This document shows, piece after piece, positions 1 to 12,344 of a stretch of 64,000 nucleotides of DNA. The stretch's first letter is position 1. Every line of letters starts with the position of its first letter. The notes under the pieces are model-generated. The model worked only from the letters and a program-made list of their open reading frames with translations, was not told the DNA's origin and made no database searches. Origin of the DNA: Octopus sinensis (Eukaryota); assembly GCF_006345805.1 (NCBI RefSeq), contig NC_043026.1:7192001-7256000 (forward strand), written 5' to 3'. The position numbers and the translations under genes were made by a program.

Positions 1-260
1 GAGCGAATGAGGTAGACCTCTACATGGTAGCTAGACCTGGTAGAAAGAGCAGCCAAATCTCCCTCAAATCACACCCTATTGTCTTATGCTTGAGCCAATG
101 TAGGAGACCTCTACATGGTAGCTAGACCTGGTAGAAAGAGCAGCCAAATCGCCCTCAAATCACACTCTCCTGTTTTTTCTATGTATATATTCATATGAAC
201 CAATAAGTTAGACCTCTACATGGTAGTTTGACCTGCTAGAAATAGCAACTGTATCTGTAG
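1..260 (+). repeat. Short tandemly repeated module (gacctctacatggtagctagacctggtagaaa.agcagccaaatctccctcaaatcacac), also at 1409-1547
   Basis: Two to three units at the window start; a 138-nt block is repeated at 1409-1547. Confidence 0.8.
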
Positions 261-411
261 CCAAGACACCAAAGCTGAAGATTTCCCCTCAATTCATTCT
301 AGCTGTCCTTCTTTCCCTCATTCACATCCACGGGTCTGCTGATCCCTAACTTTTACTCCCTTTTTCCTATCAAACCTATCTCTAGTCCCTCTCTGTCTTT
401 TCTTTTTTCAG

Positions 412-507
412 ATCGAACAAGAAGGTACCTACACCTGTATCAATCTGACCAAGGAGCAATTCTGCGATTCTTTGACGTCTCTGCTGAACAAAGGCACCAG
501 ACAAGAG
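412..507 (+). CDS. WDR49: WDR49/CFAP337-like (EF-hand + WD40) gene, internal coding exon A
   Basis: Acceptor tcttttttcag, donor gtaagc; 96 nt, phase 0-0; translates IEQEGTYTCINLTKEQFCDSLTSLLNKGTRQE and joins exon B in frame. Confidence 0.85.
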
Positions 508-736
508 GTAAGCCGTGCCACTGAGCCATTAACCCACTGTGTGCCTCTGACTCACTGTGTCACGGTAGCAGTGAGTCATTGTGCCCCATTGACTTCCATT
601 CATTTTTTTCGTTCTTATTTTTATTTGTAGAAAGTGAAAGTGCATGGCTTAGTGGTTAGGGAATTTGGCTCACAATCGTAAGGTCATGAGTTCAATTCCC
701 GGCAACACGTTTATTCACTTTATTTCACATTGCTCC

Positions 737-1106
737 AGTTCACTCACTATATACTCTTTTACTCTTTTACTTGTTTCAGTCATTTGACTGTGGCCATGCT
801 GGACACCGCCTTTAGTCGAGCAAATCGACCCGGGACTTTTTCTTTGTAAGCCCAGTACTTATTCTATCGGTCTCTTTTGCCGAACCACTAAGTGACGGGG
901 ACATAAACACACCAGCATCGGTTGTCAAGCATTGCTAGGGGGACAAACACAGACACACAAACATATACACACATATACATACATACATATATACACATAT
1001 ACGACAGGCTTCTTTCAGTTTCCGTCTACCAAATCCACTCACAAGGCATTGGTCGGCCCAGGGCTATAGCAGAAGACACCTGCCCAAGATGCCACGCAGT
1101 GGGACT
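737..1106 (-). mobile_element. SINE family 1, 5' truncated
   Basis: Homologous to 4555-4950. Confidence 0.9.
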
Positions 1107-1825
1107 ATATATATTGTCTGTTTTTCTATCCTTGTTTTTGTATACATTCACTGCTTTCTTCCAAGGAATCTAATGCTCTTAACTTAGTTTTTCCTTGGGG
1201 CTGGCCAGATTGGAGCAATCTCAAGAATAATCAGCCAAAATTGCGAGGATAATCTGGTGCCTGACTGAGGAAAGAAAACTTCGAATGACCCGTCCTTGTC
1301 TCCTTTGTGTCTTCTATCTAAATATTTTGTTGTCCCTTTTTGTATAACCTAGCTGTCCGGATGTGTTGCATTCTTGTACCATTTTGTATTTTATATATAT
1401 ATATATATCTTATGTTTGAGCCAATGAGGGAGACCTCTACATGGTAGTTAGACCTGGTAGAAATAGCAGCCAAATCTCCCTCAAATCACACCCTCCTGTC
1501 TTTTCTATGTATATATTCATATGAACCAATAAGTTAGACCTCTACATTTGTATATATAAATATTTATATGTAAATTATCTGGTAATTTTTTGCTAGTTTA
1601 TTTTGTGTTTTTGTCTTCTCTCCTGGTGCTGTATGGACATTTAATGTGGTTTTAGAGTCAAGTTTTGGCTGCTATTTCCAGCGTGGTGGTATCTCTTAGA
1701 TACCCTAAATTATAATTTTAATAATAATTATTACCTTTGAAGGTTTTTATTCCCATGCTGGCCACTTGATAAGATCAGTATTTAAATAACTATCTTATCC
1801 TTATATATATAAATTTATATATATC

Positions 1826-1862
<37 letters not shown>

Positions 1863-2313
1863 ACATGTATACATGCATTTACAAGTGGTGCTTAGTCATG
1901 GCTTGGTAGCGGTATTTCGTCTGCTGTTACGTTCTGAGTTCAAATTCTGCCGAGGTCAACTTTGCCTTTCATCCTTTCGGGGTCGATTAAATAAGTACCA
2001 GTTACGCACTGGGGTCGATATAATCGACTTAATCCATTTGTCGGTCCTTGTTTGTCCCCTCTGTGTTTAGCCCCTTGTGGGCAATTAAAAAAAATATATT
2101 TGACATGGCTTGAGTCAATCTTTGGTTGAAACATATCTAAGTTATATACACATACAAATAACTATACATGCATATTTATACACATATATATGCATATACA
2201 TATATGTGTGTGTACACATGCATACATGTATATTATATATAATATATATATGTATGCATACACACATATAATATACACATACATATACACACATATGAAT
2301 ATATGTATATATA

Positions 2314-2354
<41 letters not shown>

Positions 2355-2584
2355 GTATGTATATGTATGTATATATATATACACTCACACACATAGAGGA
2401 CATATATTGTACTTTATGTAGAAGGCACCTTTAGCAAATATTTCACAATGTCATTGTTTGTGTGTGAGTATATAAGTATGTATATATATACCTATATATA
2501 TATATACACAAACACATGTATACGTATTTGTACGCATGTATGTACCTTACGTTTGTTTGTTTGTATACACATCTGTATATATAT

Positions 2585-2620
<36 letters not shown>

Positions 2621-3039
2621 GTGTGTTCACATAGTTATGTATATCTGTGCATACATACACATATGTATACATGTATGTTTGTATGTATGTGTATCCATGT
2701 ATACATACGCATGCATATATACGAGGAAGAGAGGAGATACAGAGAGACGGACAGACACAGACAAATAGACAAATAGACAGACAGGCTGACGGATATCACC
2801 CTCCCTCGACGCAGTCTCCCTCCCCCACATCTCCTTCATCCCCGACACCCCCACCACCATCGCCTACTCCTCCTCTTCCTCCTTCTTCCCCACACACCCA
2901 CGCATCCCCCATCACATTCCAAATCTATTTGTTTTTAATTATTTTCCAACATGTATCCACTTACAGCTTTGGTTGCGAACGATGTAGAATGTGATATTAG
3001 CTTTCCAGAAGGGCTTCTCTGTTTACTGCTGCTGCCGCG

Positions 3040-3080
3040 ACTACTGCCACTCCTGCAGCTACTACTACTACTACTAAAAC

Positions 3081-3116
<36 letters not shown>

Positions 3117-3148
3117 CACCACCACCACCACCATCACCACCACCACCA

Positions 3149-3188
<40 letters not shown>

Positions 3189-3290
3189 CACCACCACCAC
3201 CACCACTACCACTACCACTACTACTACTACTACTACTACCACCATCACCACCACTACCACTACCACTACTACTACTACTACTACTACAGT
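3040..3290. repeat. (CTA/CCA)n triplet microsatellite; similar triplet arrays at 9285-9790 (CAT), 13015-13210, 22930-23140, 23520-23870, 25975-26070, 47680-47960 (GGT/GGA) and 54326-54600 (CTA/CTG)
   Basis: Direct inspection. Confidence 0.95.
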
Positions 3291-3636
3291 TGCTATGAAA
3301 ACAGACACACCTGTGTATATGCTTCTGTATCCATACATTTTATATATATATACATTATATATATATATATGTGTGTGTATATAGATAGATAGATATGTAT
3401 TTGTACTTGTGTGTATGTATAACTACATGCATGTATGTATTGATGTATGTGTATGCATATATATATATATGTGTGTGCGTGTGTGTATGTGTTTGTGCGT
3501 GTGTAAGGGGTGTGTGCACATACAATGAAAGTGAAAACTTTAACAGGAAATACATGCTGAAGTGCCCAAGTTTTGTCTCAGCCTCTCAGTGTACATATAA
3601 ATGTGTGTGTATGAGTTTATATATATGTATACATAC

Positions 3637-3684
<48 letters not shown>

Positions 3685-3893
3685 GTACATATATACATGG
3701 ATATGTATGTGTGTTTGTGTGTGTATATACTCACATTCACATATGTAAATTTACACATTCACAAATATATGTTTGTATATATATATGTATATAATATATA
3801 TATGTATATCTATCTATCTATCTATCTCTCTATATTTGTGTGTGTGTGTGTATATATATGTGTGTATGTATATGTATATATATATGTATGTGT

Positions 3894-3939
<46 letters not shown>

Positions 3940-4554
3940 TATGTATGTATGTATATATGTATATATATGTTCATATACATATATATCTGCAAGTTTTGCT
4001 TATTTCATGGGAGAAAACACACCAAGTACTGAATGTTTCAGTTACTATTCTGTGGAATCTAATACGGTGATGGCAGTCTCCTGTCGTCCAAGAAAGACAG
4101 TTCTGCAAATTTTCGCTAAACAATCTGCACAAGCCATTTGCTTTTGGTGATCAAATGTTTCTGCTGTGTATTAACTCCCTCCCTCCCGCCATCAAATTGT
4201 CGTTACCTGTACAGGTGCTTGGCATACCATATGCCAGGTGTTGAAGTGATTGCAGTGCAACATGAGATGAAGTGTTTTGTTCAAAGAATACAATGCACGG
4301 CCCATTCCTGGAATTGAAACCACAATCTCACAATCATCGCAAACTACTGTTCAGCAGAATCTAATATGTACACCTGTCAAATATCAATGATTTTGGGGGT
4401 CAGTCCATTCTCTGCCTTGTCCATTCTCCGGAGAATGGACTAGGCAGAGCAGGAGGATACACATGGATGGAAAGGGTTGCTGAAGAAGTCACAGGTGTGT
4501 GACAAAAGATTTCCAGACAAGGATAGAAGATGAAATATGAATAATAATAAACAA

Positions 4555-4950
4555 GCGCAGGAGTGGCTGTGTGGTAAGTAGCTTGCTTACCAACCACATA
4601 GTTCCAGGTTCAGTCCCACTGCATGGCATCTTGGGCAAGTGTCTTCTGCTATAGCCCTGGGCCGACCAGAGCCTTGTGAGTGGATTTGGTAGACGGAAAC
4701 TGAAAGAAGCCTGTCGTATATATGTATATATATGTGTGTGTTTGTGTGTCTGTGTATGTCCCCCTAGCATTGCTTGACAACCGATGCTGGTGTATTTATG
4801 TCCCCGTCACTTAGCGGTTCGGCAAAAGAGACCGATAGAATAAGTACTGGGCTTACAAAAGAATAAGTCCCGGGGTCGAGTTGCTCGACTAAAGGCGGTG
4901 CTCCAGCATGGCCACAGTCAAATGACTGAAACAAGTAAAAGAGAGAAAGA
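4555..4950 (+). mobile_element. tRNA-derived SINE family 1, near full length
   Basis: A/B-box-like head (ggagtggctgtgtggtaag...ggttcagtccc), CORE-like ccttgggcaagtgtc, internal (TA/TG)n, tail ...gtcaaatgactgaaacaagtaaaagag. Confidence 0.9.
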
Positions 4951-5065
4951 GAAAAGCAAAGAATCAATATAGAGTGTGTTTATTTGGCAAAAAAAAAATC
5001 ACCATCTTGAAATATAACAATGTAACAATATGTATGTGTGTGTGTGCATGGGTGGCATGCTGTGT

Positions 5066-6240
5066 CAGGGGCATGTAAAGAGTACCATTTGAGTGTGGTC
5101 AATGCCAGTGCTGCCTGAGTGGTACCCATGCCAGTGGCATGTAAAGAGTACCATTTGAGTGTGGTCAATGCCAGTGCTGCCTGAGTGGTACCCATGCCAG
5201 TGGCATGTAAAAAGTACCATTTGAGTGTGGTCAATGCCAGTGCTGCCTGAGTGGTACCATGCCAGTGCATGTAAAAAGTACCATTTGAGTGTGGTCAATG
5301 CCAGTGCTGCCTGAGTGGTACCCATGCCAGTGGCATGTAAAAAGTACCATTTGAGTGTGGTCAATGCCAGTTTTTGCCTGAGTGGTACCCATGCAGTGGC
5401 ATGTAAAAAGTACCATTTGAGTGTGGTCAATGCCAGTGCTGCCTGAGTGGTACCCATGCCAGTGGCATGTAAAAAGTACCATTTGAGTGTGGTCAATGCC
5501 AGTGCTGCCTGAGTGGTACCCATGCCAGTGGCATGTAAAAAGTACCATTTGAGTGTGGTCAATGCCAGTGCTGCCTGAGTGGTACCCATGCCAGTGGCAT
5601 GTAAAAAGTACCATTTGAGTGTGGTCAATGCCAGTGCTGCCTGAGTGGTACCCATGCCAGTGGCTGTAAAAATTGTACCATTTGAGTGTGGTCAATGCCA
5701 GTGCTGCCTGAGTGGTACCCATGCCAGTGGCATGTAAAAAGTACCATTTGAGTGTGGTCAATGCCAGCGCTGCCTGAGTGGTACCCATGCCAGTGGCATG
5801 TAAAAAGTACCATTTGAGTGTGGTCAATTCCAGCGCTGCCTGAGTGGTACCCATGCCAGTGGCATGTAAAAAGTACCATTTGAGTGTGGTCAATGCCAGC
5901 GCTGCCTGAGTGGTACCCATGCCAGTGGCATGTAAAAAGTACCATTTGAGTGTGGTCAATGCCAGCGCTGCCTGAGTGGTACCCATGCCAGTGGCATGTA
6001 AAAAGTACCATTTGAGTGTGGTCAATGCCAGCGCTGCCTGAGTGGTACCCATGCCCTGGCATGTAAAAAGTACCATTTGAGTGTGGTCAATGCCAGTGCT
6101 GCCTGAGTGGTACCCATGCCAGTGGCATGTAAAAAGTACCATTTGAGTGTGGTCAATGCCAGCACTGCCTGAGTGGTACCCATGCCAGTGGCATGTAAAA
6201 AGTACCATTTGAGTGTGGTCAATGCCAGCACTGCCTGACT
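5066..6240 (+). repeat. 66-bp minisatellite, about 18 copies
   Basis: Unit gccagtggcatgtaaaaagtaccatttgagtgtggtcaatgccagtgctgcctgagtggtacccat; unit starts near 5135, 5201, 5330, 5462, 5528, 5594 ... 6188. Confidence 0.97.
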
Positions 6241-6350
6241 GGTTCCTGTGCTGATGACACCTAAAAAGCAACCACTACACTCTTGGAGTGGTTGGCATTA
6301 GGAAGGGCATCAAGCTGTAGAAACCTTGCCAGATCAGATTGGAGCCAATC
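5066..6350 (+). mobile_element. RTE 3' UTR fragment with expanded 66-bp VNTR
   Basis: 18 tandem 66-bp units run directly into the family core gagtggttggcattaggaagggcatc.agctgtagaaac. Confidence 0.8.
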
Positions 6351-7073
6351 TATACGTGTGTGTGTGTGTGTGTGTGTGTTGCATTCTTTGTCTCTTTCTC
6401 TCTCTCTCTCTCTCTACCCTCACTTTTACCCCCCACCCCCGATATGGCCCCCTGCTCTCCCTCTAACACCAACCACCAACTGCACAACTGTTTCCCCAGC
6501 AGCTCCCACCATATTCTATTTATAGAACACAACACTCTAATTACAAATACAACCAAACAGGTGTGAAACTTGGGCAAAAAATATTTGCTTTGATTTTCAG
6601 TGGAGAGGATAATTAATGGTGGTGGTCATGGTGGTGTTGGTAGTGATGGTGATGATGATGGAAGTAGTAGTGGTGGCGGAAGTAGTGGCATTTCACCAAT
6701 GTAATCCCTCAGGACGCTCATACATATGTGTGTGTGTGTGTGTGTGTGTATACACATACATACATACATACATACATACATACATACATACACATATATA
6801 TATATATATTTGTAGCGTATGTGTATATGTCAATGTATATATTTGAATATATATCTGTAGACCTATATATATATATATATATATAAATACACACACACAC
6901 ACACACATATATATATGTGTATATATATATATGTATCTATCTATATCTATCTATCTATATATATATATTATATATATATATACACACACGAATATATATG
7001 AATGTTTATATATCTGTGTATATGAATACAGCTATTTATCTATCTATCTACCTATCTATTTATCTATTTATAT

Positions 7074-7148
<75 letters not shown>

Positions 7149-7659
7149 CTTTGTACATACATACATACTGCATACATACAGTTAAATAAACATACTTATA
7201 TTCACCTGTGTATGTTTGTACACTCATGAATGCAGATATTTGTGCATATGTTTACACATACACACACACACATGCATTGGTGCACACACACACATCACGC
7301 ATACATCCAAATACATGTGCAACTACATGCATACATACATTCACGCACAAACACATCTATGCAAACAGACTCAATTATACATACATGCCAGTACAGGTGG
7401 GTGTATATAAGACCCAATATTAACTTCCCTGCGCTAAACTGGCCAGCTGGAACTGTACCAACAAGTTGTTAAACTATTATGTGAACAATGGTGGAACTAT
7501 GTGAGTATTCTGTTGGGATGGTGCCAAGCCTTTGAGGCTTTTAGAGATTTTGCCTAGAAATTCTTCCTCACCAGGTATGAGCTAACGAAGAAGTCACCAT
7601 GTGGTCTCTGGACTCGCTAGAAATAGCAGGGAAGTATTCCTTTTGTTAAATCAAAATCA

Positions 7660-8200
7660 AATTCGATGACTGGCATCCATGCTAGCAGGGTGCAAAGAGC
7701 ACCATACGAGTGTGATCATTGACAGCAGCTAACCGGCTTCTGTGCCAGTGGCACTTAAAAGGCACCATTTGAGCGTGATTGTTACCAGCATCGCCTTACT
7801 GGCACTCGAGCCCCGTGCTAGTAGAGTATTAAGAGCACCATCCGAGCGTGACCGTTGCGATATCCGGCTATCTTGCTTCTGTGCCAGTGGCCGTAAAAGA
7901 CACCATTCGAGCGTGATCGTTACCAGCATTACCTTACTGGCACCTGTGCCAGTGGCATGTATAAAGGATTCAAGTGAGGTCGTTGCCAGTACTGCTTGAC
8001 TGGCCCCGTGCTGGTGGTACGTAAAAGCACCCACTACACTCTCGGAGTGGTTGGCGTTAGGAAGGGCATCCAGCTGTAGAAACTCTGCCAGATCAAGATT
8101 GGAGCCTGGTGCAGCCATCTGGTTCACCAGTCCTCAGTCAAAACCGTCCAACCCATGCTAGCATGGAAAGCGGACGTTAAACAATGATGATGATGATGAT
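7660..8200 (+). mobile_element. RTE 3' UTR fragment (related subfamily also at 19340-19890, minus)
   Basis: Diverged internal modules, shared core and (GAT)n tail. Confidence 0.8.
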
Positions 8201-8501
8201 GATATCAATGTGAAAGGACTCAGAAAATAAGGTAGGCCTTGATATACTGTATCTGAATGAAAGATGGGATGGTCATAGCTGGAATGCCTTTGATCATAAT
8301 CCTGTTTGGCCAAGACTGCAGTGGGACTAAACAACAGATACATCAGTTAATGTAGTCCTAGATACACTATGTCTGAATGAAAGATGGGATGGTCTTGCCT
8401 GGAACACCTATGATCATAGCTCTGCTGGATTAGGACTAACCTAGGGCTACGTAACAATGACAAAGAAGCACACATTAGGTTACATACTCTTAGATAGACT
8501 A

Positions 8502-8652
8502 TGGTAAGAAGCCTGCTTCCCAACCACATGGTTCCAGGTTCAGTCCCACTGTATGACACCTTGTGCAAGTTCCTTCTACTATAGCCTTGGGTTGACAAAA
8601 GCCTTGTGAGTGGATTTGGTAGATGGAAACTGTAGGAAGCCCGTCATGTATG

Positions 8653-8725
<73 letters not shown>

Positions 8726-8750
8726 ATGTATGTATATATATGTATGTATG

Positions 8751-8814
<64 letters not shown>

Positions 8815-9000
8815 ATATATTTATGGGTGTGTGTCTGTGTTTGTCCCCCACCACACCACTGGTGTTGGTTTGTTTGTATCTTCGTGACTTAGTGGTTTGG
8901 CAAAAGAAACCGATAGAATAAGTAGCAGGCTTAACAAATTCAAGGTGCTGCCCCAGCATGGCCACAGTCTAATGACTGAAACAAGTAAAAGATAAAAGAT
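8502..9000 (+). mobile_element. SINE family 1 with expanded internal (TA)n, inserted into the 130-150 bp repeat array
   Basis: Splits the array motif tagata.actat/atgtctgaat. Confidence 0.8.
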
Positions 9001-10035
9001 ATGTCTGAATATAAAACGGGATGGTCATGACTGGAATGATCATAGGTTTGCTGGATCATGATTGACCTGGGACTAAATGACAACAGCAAGGAACGACACA
9101 TTTGATAATGTAGTCCTAGGTAGACAATGTCTGAATGGCAACTGGAGTATTTCATGATATTAAAGCACTTTGATCTGCTGAACCAAGGTGGACGTGGGTC
9201 TAAGCAACAATAATGGGATGGGCATGGATGGAGCATCTTTGGTTACAGGTGTGTTGGATCAGGACTGATCTAGCACTAAACAACCTCATCATCATCATCA
9301 TCAGCTATGTAATTAGTTATGCCACATACCACATATTGCCCTGCATACATCATCATCGTTGTCATCATCAGTATCACCATCATAATCATAGTCATCACCA
9401 TCATCCTCATCATCACCGTCATCATCATCATTGTCATCATCATCATCATTATTCTCATCATCATCATCATCGTCATTATTCTCATCATCGTTATCGTCAT
9501 TATTATCATTATCATCATCATTCTCATTATCGTCATCATCATCATCGTTGTTGTCATCACTGTTACCCTCCTCCTTCTCCTTCTCATTGTCATCATCATC
9601 ATCATCGCCATCATCATCTTCATCTACATCATCATCCTCACCATCACCATCATCGTTATCATCATCGTCATCGTCGTCCTCTTCCTCCTCTTCTTCCTCC
9701 TCAACATCATCATCACCGTTGCCATCCTCCCCCTCTTCCCCTTCTTCACCATCATCATCATCGTCACCATCACCACTATCATTACTACCACCTCTGTATT
9801 TGGAAAACCCTTCCATTTCCAGCACAGTTTCTCTAGCGGGATGTCCTTTCCTGACACCACACAGCCAACAGAGCATACTGGCAGCCTCTTGTCATGGCAC
9901 CAGCACACAGGGGCCACATCTGACCTATCTCAGCACAGACTAAAGCCCCCTCTTGTCCCTTTGCTAACCTCTTTACAATGTTGGGTGCTGGGTACATTTT
10001 ATCAGATTACTGGAACTTGGGAGACAACCTTCTCT

Positions 10036-10720
10036 TTTATTCAGACATAGTGTATCTAGGACCACACCATCTAATGTGTCCTTCCTTGGTATTCTTGTTG
10101 CTGTTTAGCCCCAGGTCAGTCCTGATCCAGTACATTTATGATCAGAAATGTCCCAACTGTGACTGTCTTATCTTTCATTCTGACATAGTCTATCTGGGAC
10201 TACATTATCTAGTGTTCTTTCTTGTGGTTGTTTAACCCCAGGTCAATCCAGATGCAGCTACTCTATGATCAAAGATGCTCCAGCCATGACCATCCCACCT
10301 TTTATTGAGACATAATATATGTAAGACTACACTGTTGAACACTTCCTCCTTTGTTGTCATCATCACTGCCGCTGCTATTGTTGTTTAGCCCCAGGTCAGT
10401 CCTGCTCCAGTAGATTTATGATCAAAGATGTTCCAGCTGTGACCATCCCATCCTTTATTCAGATATTGCGTATCTGGGACTACATTATCTAGTGTTCTTC
10501 CTTGTGGCTGTTTAACTCCAGGTCAATCCAGATGCAGCTAGCCTATGATCAAAGATGTTCCAGCTGTGACCATCCCATCTTTAATTCTATCCTAGTAAAT
10601 CTAAGACTACATTATCGAACACTTCCTCCCTTGTTGTTTTTGTTGTTGTTTAACTCCAGGTCAGTCCTGATCCAGCAGACCTATGCTCTCAGGTGTTCCA
10701 ACTGGGTGTATTTTAATTAT
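10036..10720 (+). repeat. Tandem 127-152 bp repeat, five units (family also at 8235-9140 -, 25520-25590 +, 51820-51890 -, 52100-52340 +)
   Basis: ccaggtc anchors near 10110, 10238, 10390, 10517, 10656; core cctatgatcaaagatgttccagctgtgaccatcccatc. Confidence 0.85.
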
Positions 10721-10774
10721 GGCACCTACACTGCAGGGGTGACCCTGTTTCCTGCCAGAACAAGTTGAGTTTCT

Positions 10775-11005
10775 AGGTGAGGTGGTAGAAATGTTAGCAC
10801 ACCCAGTGAAATGCTTAGCGGTATTTCGTCTGCCGTTACGTTGTGAGTTCAAATTCCACCGAGGTCGACTTTTCCTTTCATCCTTTCAGAGGAGATAAAT
10901 TAAGTACCAGTTATGCACTGGCGTCAATGTAATTGACTTAATCCCTTTGTCTGTCCTTGTTTGTCCCCTCTATGTTTAGCCCCTTGTGGGCAGTAAAGAA
11001 ATAAG
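10775..11005 (+). mobile_element. SINE family 2 with Deu/Nin-like central domain (also 1905-2085 +, 11740-11850 -, 12540-12725 -, 17440-17600 -, 46450-46650 -, 50290-50455 -, 56165-56290 +, 57030-57225 +)
   Basis: tRNA-like head (gagttcaaattcc B box), then gaggtcgactttgcctttcatcctttcggggtcgataaattaagtaccag, which resembles the Deu/Nin SINE domain from memory. Confidence 0.8.
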
Positions 11006-11098
11006 AACAAGTTGTGTTTATTTTTCTATTCTCTGAAAGAGCAGCTAAAACCCACTGCCTTCGTTCATTGCTATGTTTTCTCTCTCTCTCTGTTGCAG

Positions 11099-11253
11099 TA
11101 TGCAGAACTGTTTGAAAAGATCGATGTGACATGTGAGGGCTTTGTCAACTGGGACAAACTCGGGTCCCATATGCTCCATGAGTTTTACGAGCGAGAAGAC
11201 AGGGTGAAAGCCTCCCAGATTCCACAATGGAAAGATCTGAAGGTTCTTTCCAG
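11099..11253 (+). CDS. WDR49: WDR49-like exon B (degenerate EF-hand)
   Basis: Acceptor (tc)n tgttgcag, donor gtaagt; 155 nt, phase 0-2; YAELFEKIDVTCEGFVNWDKLGSHMLHEFYEREDRVKASQIPQWKDLKVLS. EF-hand-like loop DVTCEGFVNWDK lacks the position-12 Glu. Confidence 0.95.
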
Positions 11254-12060
11254 GTAAGTCAGTCTTGTATGTCTTTAGTCTTTAATCTTTTGCTTGTTTC
11301 ACTCGTTGGACTGTGGCCATGCTGGGGCACCGCCTTGATGGCTCTTTTTTTTTTAGTTGAACGAAACTCACCTCAGTAATTGGTAGTGATTCCCTTGGAA
11401 CCTTTTGTTGAACTGCTAAGTTACTGGGATGTAAACAAACCAACACTGGTTGTTATGACAAACACAAACAGAAACACATACACACATGCATGTACACATG
11501 TGCACACACACACACACACACGTGCACATTGCACACATACATGTATGCATACACACACACACTCTCACATACATATACTGACATATATACACTATGGGAT
11601 TCCATACAGTTTCCATCTACCAAATTCACCTACATAGCATTGAACGGCCTGGCACTATAGTTGAAGACACTTGTTCAAGGGGTTATGCAGTGGGTTGGAA
11701 GCTTCTTGTTGATGATGATGATGATCCTTTTTACTACAGATACAAGGCCTGAAATTTTGGGAGAGGGGCCCAGTTGACTAGATTGACCCCAGTACTTAAT
11801 TTATCGACCCTGAAAGGATGAAAGCAAAGTCGACCTTGGCAGAATGTGGACATAGAATGTAGCGATGTTAATAATAATAATAATAATAATAATAATGATA
11901 ATAATAATAATAATGATAATGATAATAATAATAATCACAATCTACTTCATTTTGTTAATATTTAAGGATTGACGTTACTTCTCCTAATAAGAAGAGTAAC
12001 ATCAATCCTTAAATAATAATAATAATAATGATAATGATAATAATGATAATGATGATAAAT

Positions 12061-12309
12061 TTGTGTTGGTGTATGATTATTGTGGCTTTTTTTCAAAAAG
12101 TTTTATTGCACAAAAACAATAACAACATTTAACAAAAACATCTTTAAATGATTGTTCTGGAGCCTATTCACCATCTACCTCAATTACTGCTTCCCATTTG
12201 CTTGGCAGACGGTCAAAACCGTCATTTAAAGATGCTTTTGTTAAATATTGCTATTGTTTTTGCTGAATAAAATTTGTTGAAAAAAAGCCACAATAATTAT
12301 GCACCAACC

Positions 12310-12312
<3 letters not shown>
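12061..12312. mobile_element. Mariner-derived MITE with 87-bp inverted arms
   Basis: Arms 12065-12151 and 12222-12308; right end gcaccaacctaa matches the Hsmar1/MADE1-type TIR TTAGGTTGGTGC; the spacer encodes GFDRLPSKWEAVIEVDGE (transposase C-terminus, minus); inserted in (TAA)n. Confidence 0.85.

Positions 12313-12344
<32 letters not shown>

Noticed and set aside
1255-1295. Hammerhead-like CTGACTGA-GGAA...TTC-GAATGAC
   Set aside because: The core has an insertion and lacks GAAA, and no stem I or III pairing was found. It may be a decayed terminal repeat but is unsupported.
4555-4630. tRNA genes
   Set aside because: The tRNA-like A/B boxes are SINE heads followed by SINE bodies; I could not build a complete cloverleaf.
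5066-6240. CRISPR-like regular array, and the 196/346/145-aa ORFs over it
   Set aside because: Units are contiguous with no unique spacers and no cas genes; eukaryotic context; the ORFs are translations of a 66-bp (22-codon) repeat.
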